A stretch of DNA of 64,000 nucleotides from Octopus sinensis (GCF_006345805.1 NC_043008.1:62062001-62126000), one strand, 5' to 3'; positions 37,633 to 52,950 are shown, counted from the stretch's first letter. The notes: a model not told the origin generated them from the letters alone. Program-made: numbers and translations.

Positions 37633-39749
37633 AGTAAGACTAATAATGAAATATGCAGTATTGAGTTTTACGCGTTTATCTACCAGCCCTTGTGCAGCTC
37701 GGTAAACGGCAATTTATACTGACACAGCCAAATCCCAATAAACCTGCATTTTCAAGAATGCTTCAACTAATGATGTCATATAAAAATACTAACTAAAAGT
37801 AAACCAAAATATTAAAGAAATATTAGATCATTCTTTTTTGTTATAAAGCAGCAAATGGGCAGGCGCTACATAAAATAGTACGCTACATAAAATACCTTGC
37901 AAGATTTGTTTCGAGTTGTTGGCGTTCCGAACTTCGCCTTTCATTTCTTTGGGATCGATAAAGCATCATCCCAGGGCAATGGATTTGTGGAGTATCAATC
38001 TGAGTAGCTATGTCGTTTCCGATTCTTCTGTGTTCCTAGTTCACTTCCCTCCTTTTATTTCTAAACTCATCCTGTTAGAACTGTTGGAAGGACGGAACCT
38101 CGGCAACCCGGTTCATAGTGATAGACAACTTACGTCATACAGAGCGAATCACCGCTTAAAGCAACACATCGGCCACATCAATATAATGGAGCAGACCCTG
38201 GGGTCGATAAAAAGAAAGTCGAAATAGCACCTTCTCAGAGCAGAGAATTGGCAGAACCGGCCCTTTGAATTCACATCCTGCTTGAATGATAGACTTAACA
38301 CCGCTCTGTTTAATACTACTACCGGGCACTCTGGTAGCCTTTAGCGACATTCACTCAGTCGCTAGCAGACCCACGAGGATTCCCGTTTGAAGACCCCTCC
38401 CCTCGTTCTCACTAATATCGGTGGCGCTTCTTATCCTTCTGACTAAAAGACAGAAAAGAAAAACCAAAGAGGGTAAATGCTAAGACAGAGAAACTATTTT
38501 ACGTTATACTGTATTTTTGATAGCAACACAGGTAAATATTGGTTTTGGTATCTGTTTTCCTCACCATAGATTCAGTACCAATGTGCAATGCTATCAACAA
38601 TACCATTCTAGTGGGAATTAAAACAAAGACTTTTCCAGATGGATTCTCTTCTTAACATAAAGCAGTCTGCTAAAATGGACCGGAGATATAGAAAACACTC
38701 GAGTAATAAAATGCGAGACAATTCTAATTCTGGTATTTTCTAATCTATTGCTTACTCTAATATGTTTTCCATTCTGCTGATTCCTTTGAAAAGAATTTGT
38801 CGTTGTGATAGCTTCAGCAAGCATGCCATCTAAACTGTCCACTGCTACTATAGTGGAGAATTCTTCACTTTACTGGTTCGGTAATCGAAGAGTTAATAAG
38901 AAGATTGTGACCGATAGAGGATGGAAGTAGTGTAGTAAGAAGGCCAAAAGAAGAAAAAAAAAAAGAGAAACTGATCAGTATCTGGTTTGGTTCCTCACTA
39001 TTTTCACTTATGGCGTTTATATTTGTCAGGAATATACGGAGGTTGATAAAACCAATTTATTGTTCCCTCACATGGAAAGGAATATGACTTGATCCTAGAC
39101 AAAAGAAATTATTATTATTATTATGAAAATAACAATTTCTACAATAAAAGTTTTTATATTTTTAGGAGAGGGATATTTAGATTAGTCGAATGAATTGTTC
39201 CAATGTAATATTACTACATATTACTTTGGTGCAGTGACCCAGAAGAATTGATAGAATGCCGGTAGAATGACTTATGGTGTTTCTTCTGGCTTTTTTTATG
39301 TTCTGAGTTCGAATCCCAGTGAGATCAGCTTTGCCGTTCGTCATTCGCTTGCCGATAAAATAAAATACTAGTCAAGTCTAGAATCGATGATATTCACTAT
39401 TCGTCTTCCCTCAAAATCGCTAACTTAGTGTCTAAATTAGAAGCCATCAACTCAGACTGGTCGGTTAAAAGAATCATTAGATCGGCGAACAAAATTTCAT
39501 AACATATTTGTACGTTCTTGGTTCCAACCCTTTGTTTTCCTTCCATTCCTCCGGGAGCGATGAAATAAAGTACCAGAAAAGTACAGGAATCGGTATATTC
39601 AAACAATAATCTTGCCTAAAATTGCAGGAACTGCGCTTGTCTTATTATTTAGAAACAATTATTATTCAGAGTGGTCGATTTCTATAATTATTTGATCTGT
39701 CGTACAGAATGTCTTGCTATATTTGTTCTGATCAAAGCAGCAAGCAAAC

Positions 39750-39945
39750 GGAATCGTTAGCATGCCGGACAAAATACTTAGCGGCATTTAGTCCGTCTTC
39801 ATGTTCTGAGTTCATATTCTTCCGAGGCGATTATGTCTTTCATCATTTCGTGGTCGATAAACTAAGTACCAGCTGAATACTGGAGGTCAATATCATCACC
39901 TTAATCCCTCCTCCGAAATTGCTGGCCTTGTGCTAAAATTTGAAA
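39750..39945 (+). mobile_element. SINE family A, diverged (an older copy lies at ~39250-39410)
   Basis: GAATCGTTAGCATGCCGG...GTTCTGAGTTCA...GGTCGATAAACTAAGTACCAG. Confidence 0.65.
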
Positions 39946-40387
39946 CCAGTATTTTGTCTGACCCTTTCTGTTCTGAGTCTCGATCTGTCCATGGTTATTT
40001 TTCTCTTCTATCCTTTCGGAAACGATAAATAAAATGGCAGTCAATTTCGGGGTACTCAATAGAATTGATGAAACATTCCTATCAGATCTGAAACGCTATG
40101 AGTATGTTCGTAGCAGTTCTTATTAGTTTCACTGTGCGTGGGAATAGGCTAAACAAAAATCAAAATCTTTCTTTTAATTGAAAGAAGGCGTGGCACCATT
40201 GACCATAGCAGACCATTGTAGTTAGATTGATTTAGTAATATTCAGCTTCAGCTGCGCTAAACCATGCAACAAAAATTTTGTAGGATGTGCGAATCTTCAC
40301 ATTTTAAAATATTTATGATTCCTTCGTAGAATTTTATGCATGTATATAAACATATATTTGTATTAGAGACGTATGTAAGAATATATG

Positions 40388-40753
40388 TGTGTGTATATAT
40401 GTATATTTTCTTACTTGTTTCAGTCATTTCACTGTGGCTATGCTGGAGCACCGACTTAAAGTATTTTTCTGGAACAATTCGACCCCAGTACTTATTTTTA
40501 ATCCTAGAGCTTATTCTACTGGTCTCTTTGCCGAACCACTTGGTCGCGGGTGATTTAAACTCACTAACACCGGTTGTCAAGCGATGCTGCGGAAACGAAC
40601 GATGGGCTTCTTTCCGTTTCGGTCTACCAAATCCACTCACAACGCTTTGGTAGGCCCGAGGCTACAGTAAAAAAACATTGCCCTCGCAATGGACTAAACC
40701 CGGAACCATATTGCTGGGAAGCAAGCTCCTTACCACGCAGCCACGCCTGTGCG
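40388..40753 (-). mobile_element. SINE family B, diverged
   Basis: Colinear blocks; the head abuts a long (TA)n. Confidence 0.75.
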
Positions 40754-40770
40754 TATATATATATATATAT

Positions 40771-40886
<116 letters not shown>

Positions 40887-40952
40887 ATATATGTATATAT
40901 ATATATGTATATATATATATATTGTATATATATATATATGTATATATATGTA

Positions 40953-40993
<41 letters not shown>

Positions 40994-41806
40994 CCCTAAA
41001 TATAAACATGTACTGAAATTTTTTTCTGATTTTCAGATTTTTTATACGCTAGACTACTGGTTTTAAATTGATATTAATTAAATTAATATTCAATTTATCT
41101 CCCTCATTATTTAAATTTTAAATATATATATAATATAATATATATATACACTCACGCACTCACATACATGTACAACATCATCTTTCCGGATATTGATGGT
41201 CTTGACCCTCTTATGATCCGTACTAATTTATGAACAGAAACTTCAAATCCACGCACCCGCCAAACTAGTTTATTGGCCCCTTGCGCAGTACGGTATTAAT
41301 AAACTACTATCAATTATACATAACATAAAGGTGCCTTTATTTCACTTAACTATTTAAGTAAATTTGTTATTTGTTTCATTTCGAGTCTGTTGACCAAGGT
41401 GACCACCCCTGCTTCGGAAAAACCAGTGATTCCTAAATCTTTTGGACACAGGAGTTCAAGAACATTTATGCTATATCTGTAAATATGAGCGTGTCTGTCT
41501 GTCTGTCTGTCTCTCTGCCTGTTTGTGTCTGTTCATGTCTGTGTGATTGGAATGATTTATTATTAGAGATTATAAAACTTTGAATTTATAATGACGATGT
41601 TTTATTGAACTATGTATCATTAAATATTAAAATTTATACGATAGAGCATGTGGTTTACCTCCCATCTGTTGCAACAACTGTAATACTTTGTCTGTACTAC
41701 TTATATATATATCATTAATAAAAGACGTTTTAATATGTGGTTGTATCTCTACCGAAAACTTCACCTTTGTGTTATAAATCAAAGAAACTTAGTTTGATGG
41801 TTGCAG

Positions 41807-41849
<43 letters not shown>

Positions 41850-42046
41850 GTCTTCCTTTGTTTCCCTCATACCTCTCGCTCTCTCTCTCACTCTCATCGG
41901 CTAATTCTGAAAAATGCAAGCATAAAGAATACACAAACTATCGCCACTCAACCAGAATTGAGAACTGTGTTTCAGACTTTTATGAAATGAGAACTTGCCA
42001 CGTATTTAAACCACACAAAGAAATAAAATTAAAATTTAAATATATA

Positions 42047-42082
<36 letters not shown>

Positions 42083-42088
42083 TGTATG

Positions 42089-42119
<31 letters not shown>

Positions 42120-42267
42120 GAGTGAGTGTATGTACATGTGTGTATACATGTATGTGCGTGCACGCATATATGTGTATAAATTTATAAATATATTTATATA
42201 TATATATACATACATATGATATATATATGTATATATAATATAGTATGAATTTATGTATACATATATA

Positions 42268-42302
<35 letters not shown>

Positions 42303-43609
42303 TGTGTGTCTGTGTGTGTTTATGTGTGTGTGAATATATATATATATAAATTTACTTATCTGATATATTTAGCATTTCACTATATTAAACATTTCTTTTT
42401 TACATTGCTTTCTCATTTCCTCTACAAGTTTTGGTTAGATGGCTCTGCAAATTAAAAGATTTCAATGAATGTTTGGAACAAGTGATGCTGGAGATGTGTT
42501 TTCTATTAACAACTACTAAACCGTGAAGTGTATATAGTTTTGGGTGACTGAGACAAATTGGATAAACTGGTTTTACGTTAAGCAGAACGAAACTTAGTCT
42601 TATACGTGCTTAGCCTGGTCAATGTAGTTGCGAAAATATTCTTCTCACACTTTCTACACTTTTATAATGGTGATCACATGTTTTAAGATCTATATCTTGG
42701 AACAGACTGACTCGTAATAAGATGAGAAGATATCCGCTAAAATTTATATGAATCAATGAATTCCAAGCTAAACCAATATATGTGGTATCGATTATGTAGG
42801 ATCGGTTCCCATCATTTGATCAGTAACCAATGTCATTGGTTTGAAGAGACTAGATCTAACTAACGGATTATCCAACAGTGAAACCTTTCAACTACTCAGA
42901 ATATCAATTCATGGAATTTTTGCTTTTAATACATTTTAAGCGTAGCAGTCATGGCTGGGTGAATTGCTACTAATCAAAGTAAGTTTCTGGTTACATTGGT
43001 GCCATTTCCTTCACTTGAGGCAAACTTAACTACTTACCCCCTGCACCAACACTTTTTCTGTTGCAACTGGAATTCATTCTCGTTTTTGTGACAGTTGCCT
43101 GTCTGCTTTCAAGACTTCTCTGTCGAAACCAACATATACCAGTTCTTATTTTTACCTAAACTTTTTCATCTTTCCCTATCCACGCACCAAATCTATTCCC
43201 TGCTCCCGATTTTTTTTGTCTCTGGCGACTGTGCAGAAAACCCCAGTGTACGTTGACCTCTGCTTGCACACTTCATCAAATTTTATTCAATTGACACACT
43301 CACAGAATTTTGTCCTGTCAAAATGTAATGTTAGGTTGTTAATTCCTTGGTTATGTTTTTTTCCCAATGATCCTTACCGACTTTTATAAAGGTTACGTTT
43401 CTATTCACTCTTCGAATATGTTACTGTGTATTTCCTGTGCAATGCAAACCCCATAGTGGACTAGCCTTTCTTTTAGAAAGTTCAATCCTGCAGCACCAAA
43501 TAGCGCTTCTCTCCAGGGTGTACAACTTTATCTACACTCACGGAACACACAGTTTAATTTTTATTAAGGGAGACTATGACCTGTTTCCCTATGCTCTGAT
43601 TGATCGATT

Positions 43610-43727
43610 GATTCATTGATTGATCGATCGATTGATCGATTGATTTATTGATTGCTCGGTCGGTTGATTGATTAGTTGGTTCGTTGGTTGGTTAATAGGT
43701 AGACAGACAGATAGCTAGCTAGCTAGC

Positions 43728-43810
<83 letters not shown>

Positions 43811-43835
43811 ATCGATAGATAGATAGACAGATAGG

Positions 43836-43910
<75 letters not shown>
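43610..43910. repeat. Graded tetranucleotide array (GATT/GATC to GGTT to GCTA to GATA)
   Basis: Directly visible. Confidence 0.9.
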
Positions 43911-43911
<1 letters not shown>

Positions 43912-44096
43912 GTTCTTTCAGCCAATAAATAGATATGTGCTGAATTAATGTTCAGACAGATCAAATCCTAAAACTCAAACTTTCTAATCAAGAAATAGGT
44001 GAGCAGAAGAGTTGGTTATAAGAAATAAATAGCATGAACGGATATACTATACATTAGATGGATAGACAATTAAAACTAGTAATATTTCCTTTACAT

Positions 44097-44193
<97 letters not shown>

Positions 44194-44194
44194 T

Positions 44195-44402
44195 AAAGTT
44201 AATCCAAACATGAGAACTCAGAGGGAAAACACAACACGAGGACGTAGAACAAGTATAGTGTTATTGGATGCTCAGGAAAGGAAAGAAAGAGGGAGGATTT
44301 AACGTTTCGAGCGGAGCTCTTCGTCAGAAACATAGGAAAAGGAAAGATCCAATGAAGTGAAGACGAAGGAAAAAATCGCCAACGATACACACGCGGTCAC
44401 AT
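44195..44402 (-). mobile_element. Hammerhead-bearing short element, copy 3 (motif 44297-44331, intact core)
   Basis: Minus strand reads GTTT CTGACGA A GAGC TCC GCTC GAAAC GTT AAAT; directly after (CA)(TA)(GA)n. Confidence 0.75.
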
Positions 44403-45344
44403 AGCAGGAAGATATGCCTTTACAGGCAATAGTTATATACAGCAAGTAAAAAAAGTGAAATTGTTTTTGTTTTATATTTTATTTGCTTTCTATAATTACT
44501 GCTTCATTATATACATCTGATTGTTTAGTATGCGTTATAACATCAACCAGTTATATAATTTTTGAAATAGCTGTAAAGATCTATAGTCGTCATGTAACTC
44601 GAATACGCATGTGTAACATCTATAAATGAATACCTGCTATCCAAACTGTTTTTCCGTAGATTGTATATATATGTGTGTGATGTATGTGTGTGTATACCAG
44701 GTTGAGTCAAAAGTTTTTTGCAGTTCAAGACTTAATTAATAGTTCAAACAAATTGCATACGAAAAGCGGTAATTCATCAAAATATATCCCATCATGGTTT
44801 ATTGTCTGTTGCCATCGTTCTGCCAGAATCTAATTTCCACGCTTATAACAATTGACTGGTTTAGAGGAAAAAAACTCCTTGTGCCCGTTTCCAACTTCAT
44901 CTCTATTGTGAACTTCCGTCTGTGCAGGAAATGAGCCACGGCTCAGAAAAAGGGGTTATCTGATAGTGCAAGGTCTGGACTGTCGTCAATGAGAGGCAGC
45001 ACTTGCATTTCCTCAAGTTCTTCAGGTTTGCACTAGGTTACATTGGCAGTGTGTGCAGGAGTATGTTATACAGTAAGGGTACGTGTCATTCATTGACAAA
45101 TGTCCGTGGTCTTTGCTATTAACATATAATTGCTACAAACACAACATGACTTTCTGTTCAAACCGCTCGAGTGACAATAGGTTCTGAAGCCTGTCCGGAA
45201 TAGAGCCACTGATGCTCTTCTTATTAGGATCACGAAAATAGTTTTATGCTTTAATCTCCAGAACCTGGCATCACGAAGACTTATCAGCGATTGTTTGGAA
45301 ATGCTCATAGACTCAAAGCCTGATCATTAGTCTGTTTATGAGGT

Positions 45345-45620
45345 TCGAGTTTGTTCCTTCTCGAGCCATGTCTGGCTCATAAGGGCCGGTTTCCCGGTTT
45401 TCTTGGCATATAGGTTCCCCACCTGCACGGGACACTGGTCCGTCACAGGTGTGCTGCAAGATACAAGAGAAAAGAGCGAGAGAAAGTTGTGGCGAAAGAT
45501 CGCCATTACCTTCTGCCGGAGCCGCGTGGAGCTTAGGTGTTTCGCTCATAAACACACACATCGCCCGCGATCCCTCGACCGCGAGTCCACTGCTCTAACC
45601 ACTGGGCCATGTGCCTCCAC
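45345..45620 (-). mobile_element. SINE (family C head, different tail) nested in the mariner
   Basis: 7-bp TSD ATGAGGT at 45338-45344 and 45621-45627; it splits the transposase PH-E-LT motif. Confidence 0.85.
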
Positions 45621-45846
45621 ATGAGGTGCTTCTCGACAGCATTGTTTCACAAGGCCGGGCTCATGGGAGTATTGTCTGATGGTGCTTTGAGAAGGACCAA
45701 GATCTGCCGACGGTGTTCGAGTGCTTGTGTTTATGTCGTTCAATCATTCCATTGTACGTTTCATCTTACACAACACTCCCGGAACTTTGTCTTCGAGGCT
45801 GGTTTCACTTTCCTAGAAACACCAGCTGAAGCAGTTTTCTGCCATA

Positions 45847-46118
45847 CACTGGCTCGGGAATGAAATTTGCTTAGTGGGTGCAAACCCAGGTCCAAACGTT
45901 TTTACAAACAAGGTCTTGTTTTTTTTTCTGCTATTTATTTTTGTGTTTTGATCTTTGAGAAGGAACCTAACTTCAGGCTACTTTTTACACATCACATTTT
46001 ATTTACCGTTTTCTAAACCTGAGGAAAATAAGTAGGGCGGCAAATTTTGGTTCTGCACTCCGCAAAAATTCTAGGAGGTGTTTTTGCACCACCTGCATCC
46101 CCTGTTTCCGGGCCCGTG
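45847..46118. mobile_element. 272-bp hAT-type MITE nested in the mariner
   Basis: 8-bp TSD CTGCCATA (45839-45846) / GTGCCATA (46119-46126); 14-bp TIR CACTGGCTCGGGAA versus CACGGGCCCGGAAA (11/14). Confidence 0.7.
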
Positions 46119-46424
46119 GTGCCATACGTTCCAGGGCCTTCCACATCACCAATTTCTTTCGTCGCTGCCTTTGCACTCAGGCATTTTTCTTTAGGTAGTG
46201 TAAAATGGCTCTAATAGCAATTTTTCCACCACTTATTATCATAGGAGTAAAATAAAGAATAAACAATTCACAAACGATTCGACATGTTTTATCAAATAGC
46301 AAGGAGATACAAGCAACCAAAATCCTCTGTAGAAATCCCAAAACACTTTTGGCTCAACCTGGTATACGGTGTATGTGGGCGCGCGTGTATGCAGGTATAT
46401 GTACGTATATATGATGTATATATG

Positions 46425-46492
<68 letters not shown>

Positions 46493-46496
<4 letters not shown>

Positions 46497-47088
46497 GTAT
46501 GTAGATATATGCGTGTTTATATATATGTACGTATGTAGATATATGCGTGTTTATACATAGATACAGAGAAAGAGAGTGAAACCTTAACAGATGAACTATT
46601 AATGTCACTATTAATCTTTGAAATATCTCTCTCTACTTGACATATTCAACCTGCATGTTTGTTATTATTTTGCATTTTTGTATAGGACTAAATATAATTA
46701 TATTGATAACGTATGCGTTTGTGTGTACGTTTAGGAAATTAAAAGATTCTTCATAGATAAAACAACAAAAGCCGGTTATATATATAAATTTTCCTTAGAT
46801 TAGCTAAATACTGATAAAAATAGATTTTGACGAATCTTTCGGTAAAATAAAGCAACAATAATTACACAGCATGTGGTTTGAGAATTCAGATTAAAATATG
46901 ACAAAATTCCGACAAGAATATAACATTTACATTATATATATATATAAGATACAGCAGTGAAAAATAAAGAAAACATCTTAATTTACATCAATCACATCCA
47001 ATTTACATAAATGTGTGCGCGAAAGTGTACAAAGTTATTTTCTATACATTTGATTACATAACTTTATGAAGAAAGTTATGTAATCATG

Positions 47089-47162
<74 letters not shown>

Positions 47163-47760
47163 GTATGTAGATATATGCGTGTTTATATATATGTACGTAG
47201 TAGATATATGCGTGTTTATACATAGATACAGAGAAAGAGAGTGAAACCTTAACAGATGAACTATTAATGTCACTATTAATCTTTGAAATATCTCTCTCTA
47301 CTTGACATATTCAAACCTGCATGTTTGTTATTATTTTGCATTTTTGTATAGGACTAAATATAATTATATTGATAACGTATGCGTTTGTGTGTACGTTTAG
47401 GAAATTAAAAGATTCTTCATAGATAAAACAACAAAAGCCGGTTATATATATAAATTTTCCTTAGATTAGCTAAATACTGATAAAAATAGATTTTGACGAA
47501 TCTTTCGGTAAAATAAAGCAACAATAATTACACAGCATGTGGTTTGAGAATTCAGATTAAAATATGACAAAATTCCGACAAGAATATAACATTTACATTA
47601 TATATATATATAAGATACAGCAGTGAAAAATAAAGAAAACATCTTAATTTACATCAATCACATCCAATTTACATAAATGTGTGCGCGAAAGTGTACAAAG
47701 TTATTTTCTATACATTTGATTACATAACTTTATGAAGAAAGTTATGTAATCATGTATATA
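46493..47760. repeat. Near-perfect tandem duplication, period 666 bp, junction inside (TA)n
   Basis: The copies at 46493 and 47159 differ, where I could see, only by single-base indels (TCAACC/TCAAACC; CGTATGTAG/CGTAGTAG). Confidence 0.92.
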
Positions 47761-48067
47761 TAAATATACATAATGTTCGTTTCATAGGAATAATTTATAT
47801 TGTAAAGACAAAATTGTGTGAGCAGTAAAAAGAAAATTCTGATACACGTACGTATAGTTAAGCAAGTAGAAATTAATTTGTTGATGCTGGACCGAGCATT
47901 ACGTCGAGCTAGGACAGTTTACGACATACTTGGTTTTCCATTATTGCCAGTGAGAGACGATACAAAACCGTTTTGTATTCACTTTTTATAGCTAAAATAT
48001 AGCTGTAATGCTAATTACTTTGATTAACATTTTATATTGGTTAAAATTTCTGATTGGCCCAAGTTTC

Positions 48068-48587
48068 TGATGGTTCCCAAAATGGGTGGTATCGCTCTCC
48101 TGGGGGCGGTGGAAAGTTACAAGGTGTCATTGAATGAAAGTGGGACGATAATTGGGGAGCGATTCATGTAAATATTGGGGTGATAATTGCGGAGTGATTC
48201 ATGTAAAAACAACAAAATAATGGGTTCATTATGTTAAATTGTATTCGTGAAATACAGTTACTTTGACTTTGCTTCAGAAAGGTGTTTCGCTCATAAACAC
48301 ACACATCGCCCGGTCTGAGATTCGAACCCGCGATCCCTCGACCGCGAGTCCGCTGCTCTAACTACTAGGCCATGTGCCTCCACATGAGGTGCTTCTCGAC
48401 AGCGTCTCTTCACAAGGCCGAGCTCACCGACGTATTGATTGATGGTGCTTTGAGAAGGACCAAGATCTGCCGACGGCGTTCGTGTGCTTGTGTTTATGTT
48501 GTTTGTGATGGTTAGTTGGAGTGGTGCGCTAGGAATGTGGCCTGGATGTCAAGGGGGCGGCAGCACGAAAAAGTTTTGGAACCACTG
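48068..48587. mobile_element. hAT-like non-autonomous element containing a SINE/mariner junction fragment (48280-48503)
   Basis: Ends TGATGGTTCCCAAAA and TTTTGGAACCACTG resemble CAGTGGTTCCCAAA-type hAT termini; no TSD found. Confidence 0.5.
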
Positions 48588-49113
48588 GCATCAAATAACA
48601 CATGAGACAATGATAACTCTAAGATAGCTATTCATCTTGTATTATTTACCAAGTCAAAATTTCTTGCACCATAGTACAAGCTAAAATTTCTGTAAGGCTA
48701 AACGTTTGTCCGCATAAAAACACTACATATGTGCTGTCAGGCATTAAATTGTGGACTCGTTTATGGCTTTAGTCGATCATATCAATTTAAATATTTTTAA
48801 GATTGGTATTCTTTTTATAGACCTGTGTTTCATCATCCCCGATACTGGGCATAAAAACGTTAGCAGTTTTCAAGTGATGTGGAAAGGTACAAACATTCAC
48901 AGAGAATGACTCATAAAAGTACACACGCGCATGCGCGTACACACTATGTGTGTGTGTGTGGGGGGTTAAATATGGAAGTAAACCATTACCATGTTTTCAC
49001 TTAAGTAACTGAGTGCATACGGGTATTCCTCAGTGTGTTAGGGAGATAAGAATAGAATGTTTTGCAGTAGGTGAGAAAACCTTTCAGCTACTATCCAATC
49101 GCATTCCACCAGA

Positions 49114-49144
<31 letters not shown>

Positions 49145-49213
49145 CATAAAACGTATGTGTGTATGTAGTATATGTGTGTGTTTGTGTATTGGTGTGTGTG
49201 TATATATATAAAT

Positions 49214-49244
<31 letters not shown>

Positions 49245-49319
49245 AATATATATATATAGTAAATGAAAGACAGATGATGGAATATACGGGAATTTATTAT
49301 TAATCAGAGTTGCTTCGAC

Positions 49320-49632
49320 ACATCTAGTATACATGCATACACATACATACATACATTAATACATACATACGTACATACATACATACATACACACACATAC
49401 ATACGTACGTACATACATACACGCACATTCATAAATGCATACATACATACACACGTACATACGTACACACATACACACACACACATACATTTACATACAT
49501 ACATACATACAAGCATACATACATACATACATACATACATACATACATACATACATACATACATACAAACATACATACATACATACATACATACATACAT
49601 ACATACATACATACATACATACATACATACAT
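49320..49632. repeat. (CATA)n microsatellite
   Basis: Directly visible. Confidence 0.95.
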
Positions 49633-50104
49633 GTGAATACTAGCACACCTTTAATGACCAATTGCAATTGTTTCAGTATCGTCCCTGTTAAACGCCTTTG
49701 CATGCAAAGTTCAATGGAAGAAGCTACGTAACATTTGCTATTTTATACAGCAGAGTGCCACTCCATCACTCATACTTTCCATATAACTTCTGACAAGATC
49801 AACCAGGTTTGATAATAATAGTATTACTAACAACCATATCATTGCTGGGTTTATTAGCGCTGAAAATGGAATAGATTCCGTGAAGTGGTCATTATAAACA
49901 TTGTGGTTTTGATTCTCGAATAATTGTAGTTCTAAATAATTGAATTATTATTGGTAAGAATACTAAGAACAGTCCAGTCGTGGGATTCAGTAATATCAGT
50001 AATATGTGTGAGTAGTAAATACGTTAGTTGTGACAAGTAAGGCAGTGAGAGATAATGAAAACAATATTGATGTTGGAGAATGTAATTGAAATAATAATAA
50101 TAAC

Positions 50105-50134
<30 letters not shown>

Positions 50135-50137
<3 letters not shown>

Positions 50138-50272
50138 GCACACATCCTACGCAGAACACTTTCCATACAATAACCATCAGAGCATCACAACAAATCACAG
50201 CACATACCCAAGGCACACAGAGCTGCGCTCGGTAGTGAAGTGAAAGCACGCTATAAAAATAAAACTACTGAA
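50135..50272 (+). mobile_element. 3' end of an R4/Dong-like non-LTR retrotransposon in (TAA)n
   Basis: TAHILRRTLSIQ* C-terminus, parallel to TARILRKVLE in the next element, then a short 3' UTR and (TAA)n. Confidence 0.6.
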
Positions 50273-50343
50273 TAATAATAATAATAATAATAATAGTAAT
50301 GATGATGATGATAATAATAATAACTATTATTATTATAACAATA

Positions 50344-51166
<823 letters not shown>

Positions 51167-51887
51167 CGGTAGAGTTGTATTAGAGAACCTAAGTTAACTA
51201 TTTGGAAAGAAGGAAAATTTCATGTAAAATTATACTAAATGACGTAATATGAAGTACTATCATTGATGTAGATCTTGTGAGAATATGATAGCTGTTAGAT
51301 AATATCTTTTGGAATAGACTGATTGGAATATAGGAGATATGACATCATATGATATAAAACAAGGATGTTATACTTCTTTTTTTTATTTCTTGCTAATATA
51401 TATTCAGTAATACTCTAGGGACCGATAGATTCTCTTCTTTTTTCAGAAATTTCTTTATATTGATGATGAAAATTTGTTTTAGTCGAGTTAGAAAGACTGG
51501 GAAGAAGAGAAAGAAGAGAAAAGAGAATATATAAGAAAGATGAAATCTGGAGGAGAAACGAAGTAAAGGAAAGAAGGAAAAGCAGGATGATTAACAGAGA
51601 TGTGCAAGATCTTTAAGCAGCTCAGATATATGAAGTGGAAAGTTAGAAGGATAATGAAGCAAGTGACCAATGGATTGTAGCGGTGTCTTTTATCTCCTGG
51701 AATCCTAGACTGGATTATTGTTCTAGTAAAATTTCGAGAAAATTTAGTCTTTTCAGATTTCTGAAGACACACATACCACACACACACACGTATACACACA
51801 CACATGCATATATATACACACACAAACACATAGGTAAATATAGATATGTACGTATGTATGTATATGTATATATATATATATATATAT

Positions 51888-52610
51888 CTTTTACTCTTTT
51901 ACTTTTTTACTCTTTTACTTCTTTCAGTCATTTGACTGTAGCCATGCTGGAACACTGCCTTTAGTCGAGCAAATTGACCCCAGGACTTATTCTTTGTAAG
52001 TCTAGTACTTATTCTATCGGTCTCTTGCCGAACCGCTAAGTTACAGGACATAAACACACCAGCATCGGTTGTCAAGCGATGTTGGGGGCAACAAACACAG
52101 ACACACAAACATATACACACACACATACATATATATACATATATACGACGGGCTTCTTTCAATTTCCATCTACCAAATCCACTCACAAGGCTTTGGTCGG
52201 CCCGAAGCTACAGTAGAAGATACTTGCCCAAAGTGTCACGTAGTGGGACTGAACCCGGAACCATGTGGTTGGTAAGCAAGCTACTTACCACACAGCCACT
52301 CCTACATATATACACATATATATATATATATATATGCTCAGGGAGGAGAGAAAGTGAATGAGAGACACATACATATATACATATATACGACGGGCTTCTT
52401 TCAATTTCCATCTACCAAATCCACTCACAAGGCTTTGGTCGGCCCGAAACTACAGTAGAAGATACTTGCCCAAAGTGTCACGTAGTGGGACTGAACCCGG
52501 AACCATGTGGTTGGTAAGCAAGCTACTTACCACACAGCCACTCTTACATATATACATATATATATATATGCTCAGGGAGGAGAGAAAGTGAATGAGAGAC
52601 ACATACATAT
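51888..52610 (-). mobile_element. SINE family B with a 242-bp tandem duplication of its head plus flank
   Basis: TACGACGGGCTTCTTTCAATTTCC at 52144 and 52386; both units end in GCTCAGGGAGGAGAGAAAGTGAATGAGAGAC. Confidence 0.85.
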
Positions 52611-52741
52611 ATATACATGTACATGTGTATATATACTTATATGTGTGTGTGCATGCGTGCAGTGCAGATGTGTGTGTGTATGTAGATTTTATTAATAGCA
52701 CATGCACTCAATAGTATCTACATAGAACAGTAAGTCGACTA

Positions 52742-52950
52742 GCTGGCAGAATGCTTAACACTCCAGGAAAAATTCCTGGCGACATTTCTTCCGTCTTCAC
52801 ATACTGAGTGCAAATTCCATCGAGTTCTACTTTGCCTTTCATCCTTTCGCGATCGATAAAATAAGTACTAGTTGAGCACTGGAGTCGATGTAATCGACTT
52901 ACCCCACCCCCACCCGAACTTGCAGGCTATGTGCCAAAATTCGTAACCAA
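52742..52950 (+). mobile_element. SINE family A, diverged
   Basis: GCTGGCAGAATG head and TTTGCCTTTCATCCTTTCGCGATCGATAAAATAAGTAC core. Confidence 0.7.

Larger units (their letters stand above)
44697..46362 (-). mobile_element. mariner-family DNA transposon, defective, both TIRs and TA TSD present
   Basis: TIRs CCAGGTTGAG(T/C)CAAAAGT(T/G)TTTT at 44697-44719 and ~46340-46362, each flanked by TA. Transposase relics: IAIRAILHYLKK..SAKAATKEI, TSLEDK, STRTPSADLGPSQSTI..GLVKQCCREAPH, DARFWR, HTANVT, SPDLALSD, AERWQQTINHDGIYFDE. Confidence 0.9.

Noticed and set aside
38575-38665. Exon-like DSVPMCNAINNTILVGIKTKTFPDGFSS resembling the FVDGFS of 15251
   Set aside because: Ends in a stop, the similarity is only 4-5 residues, and there is no donor.
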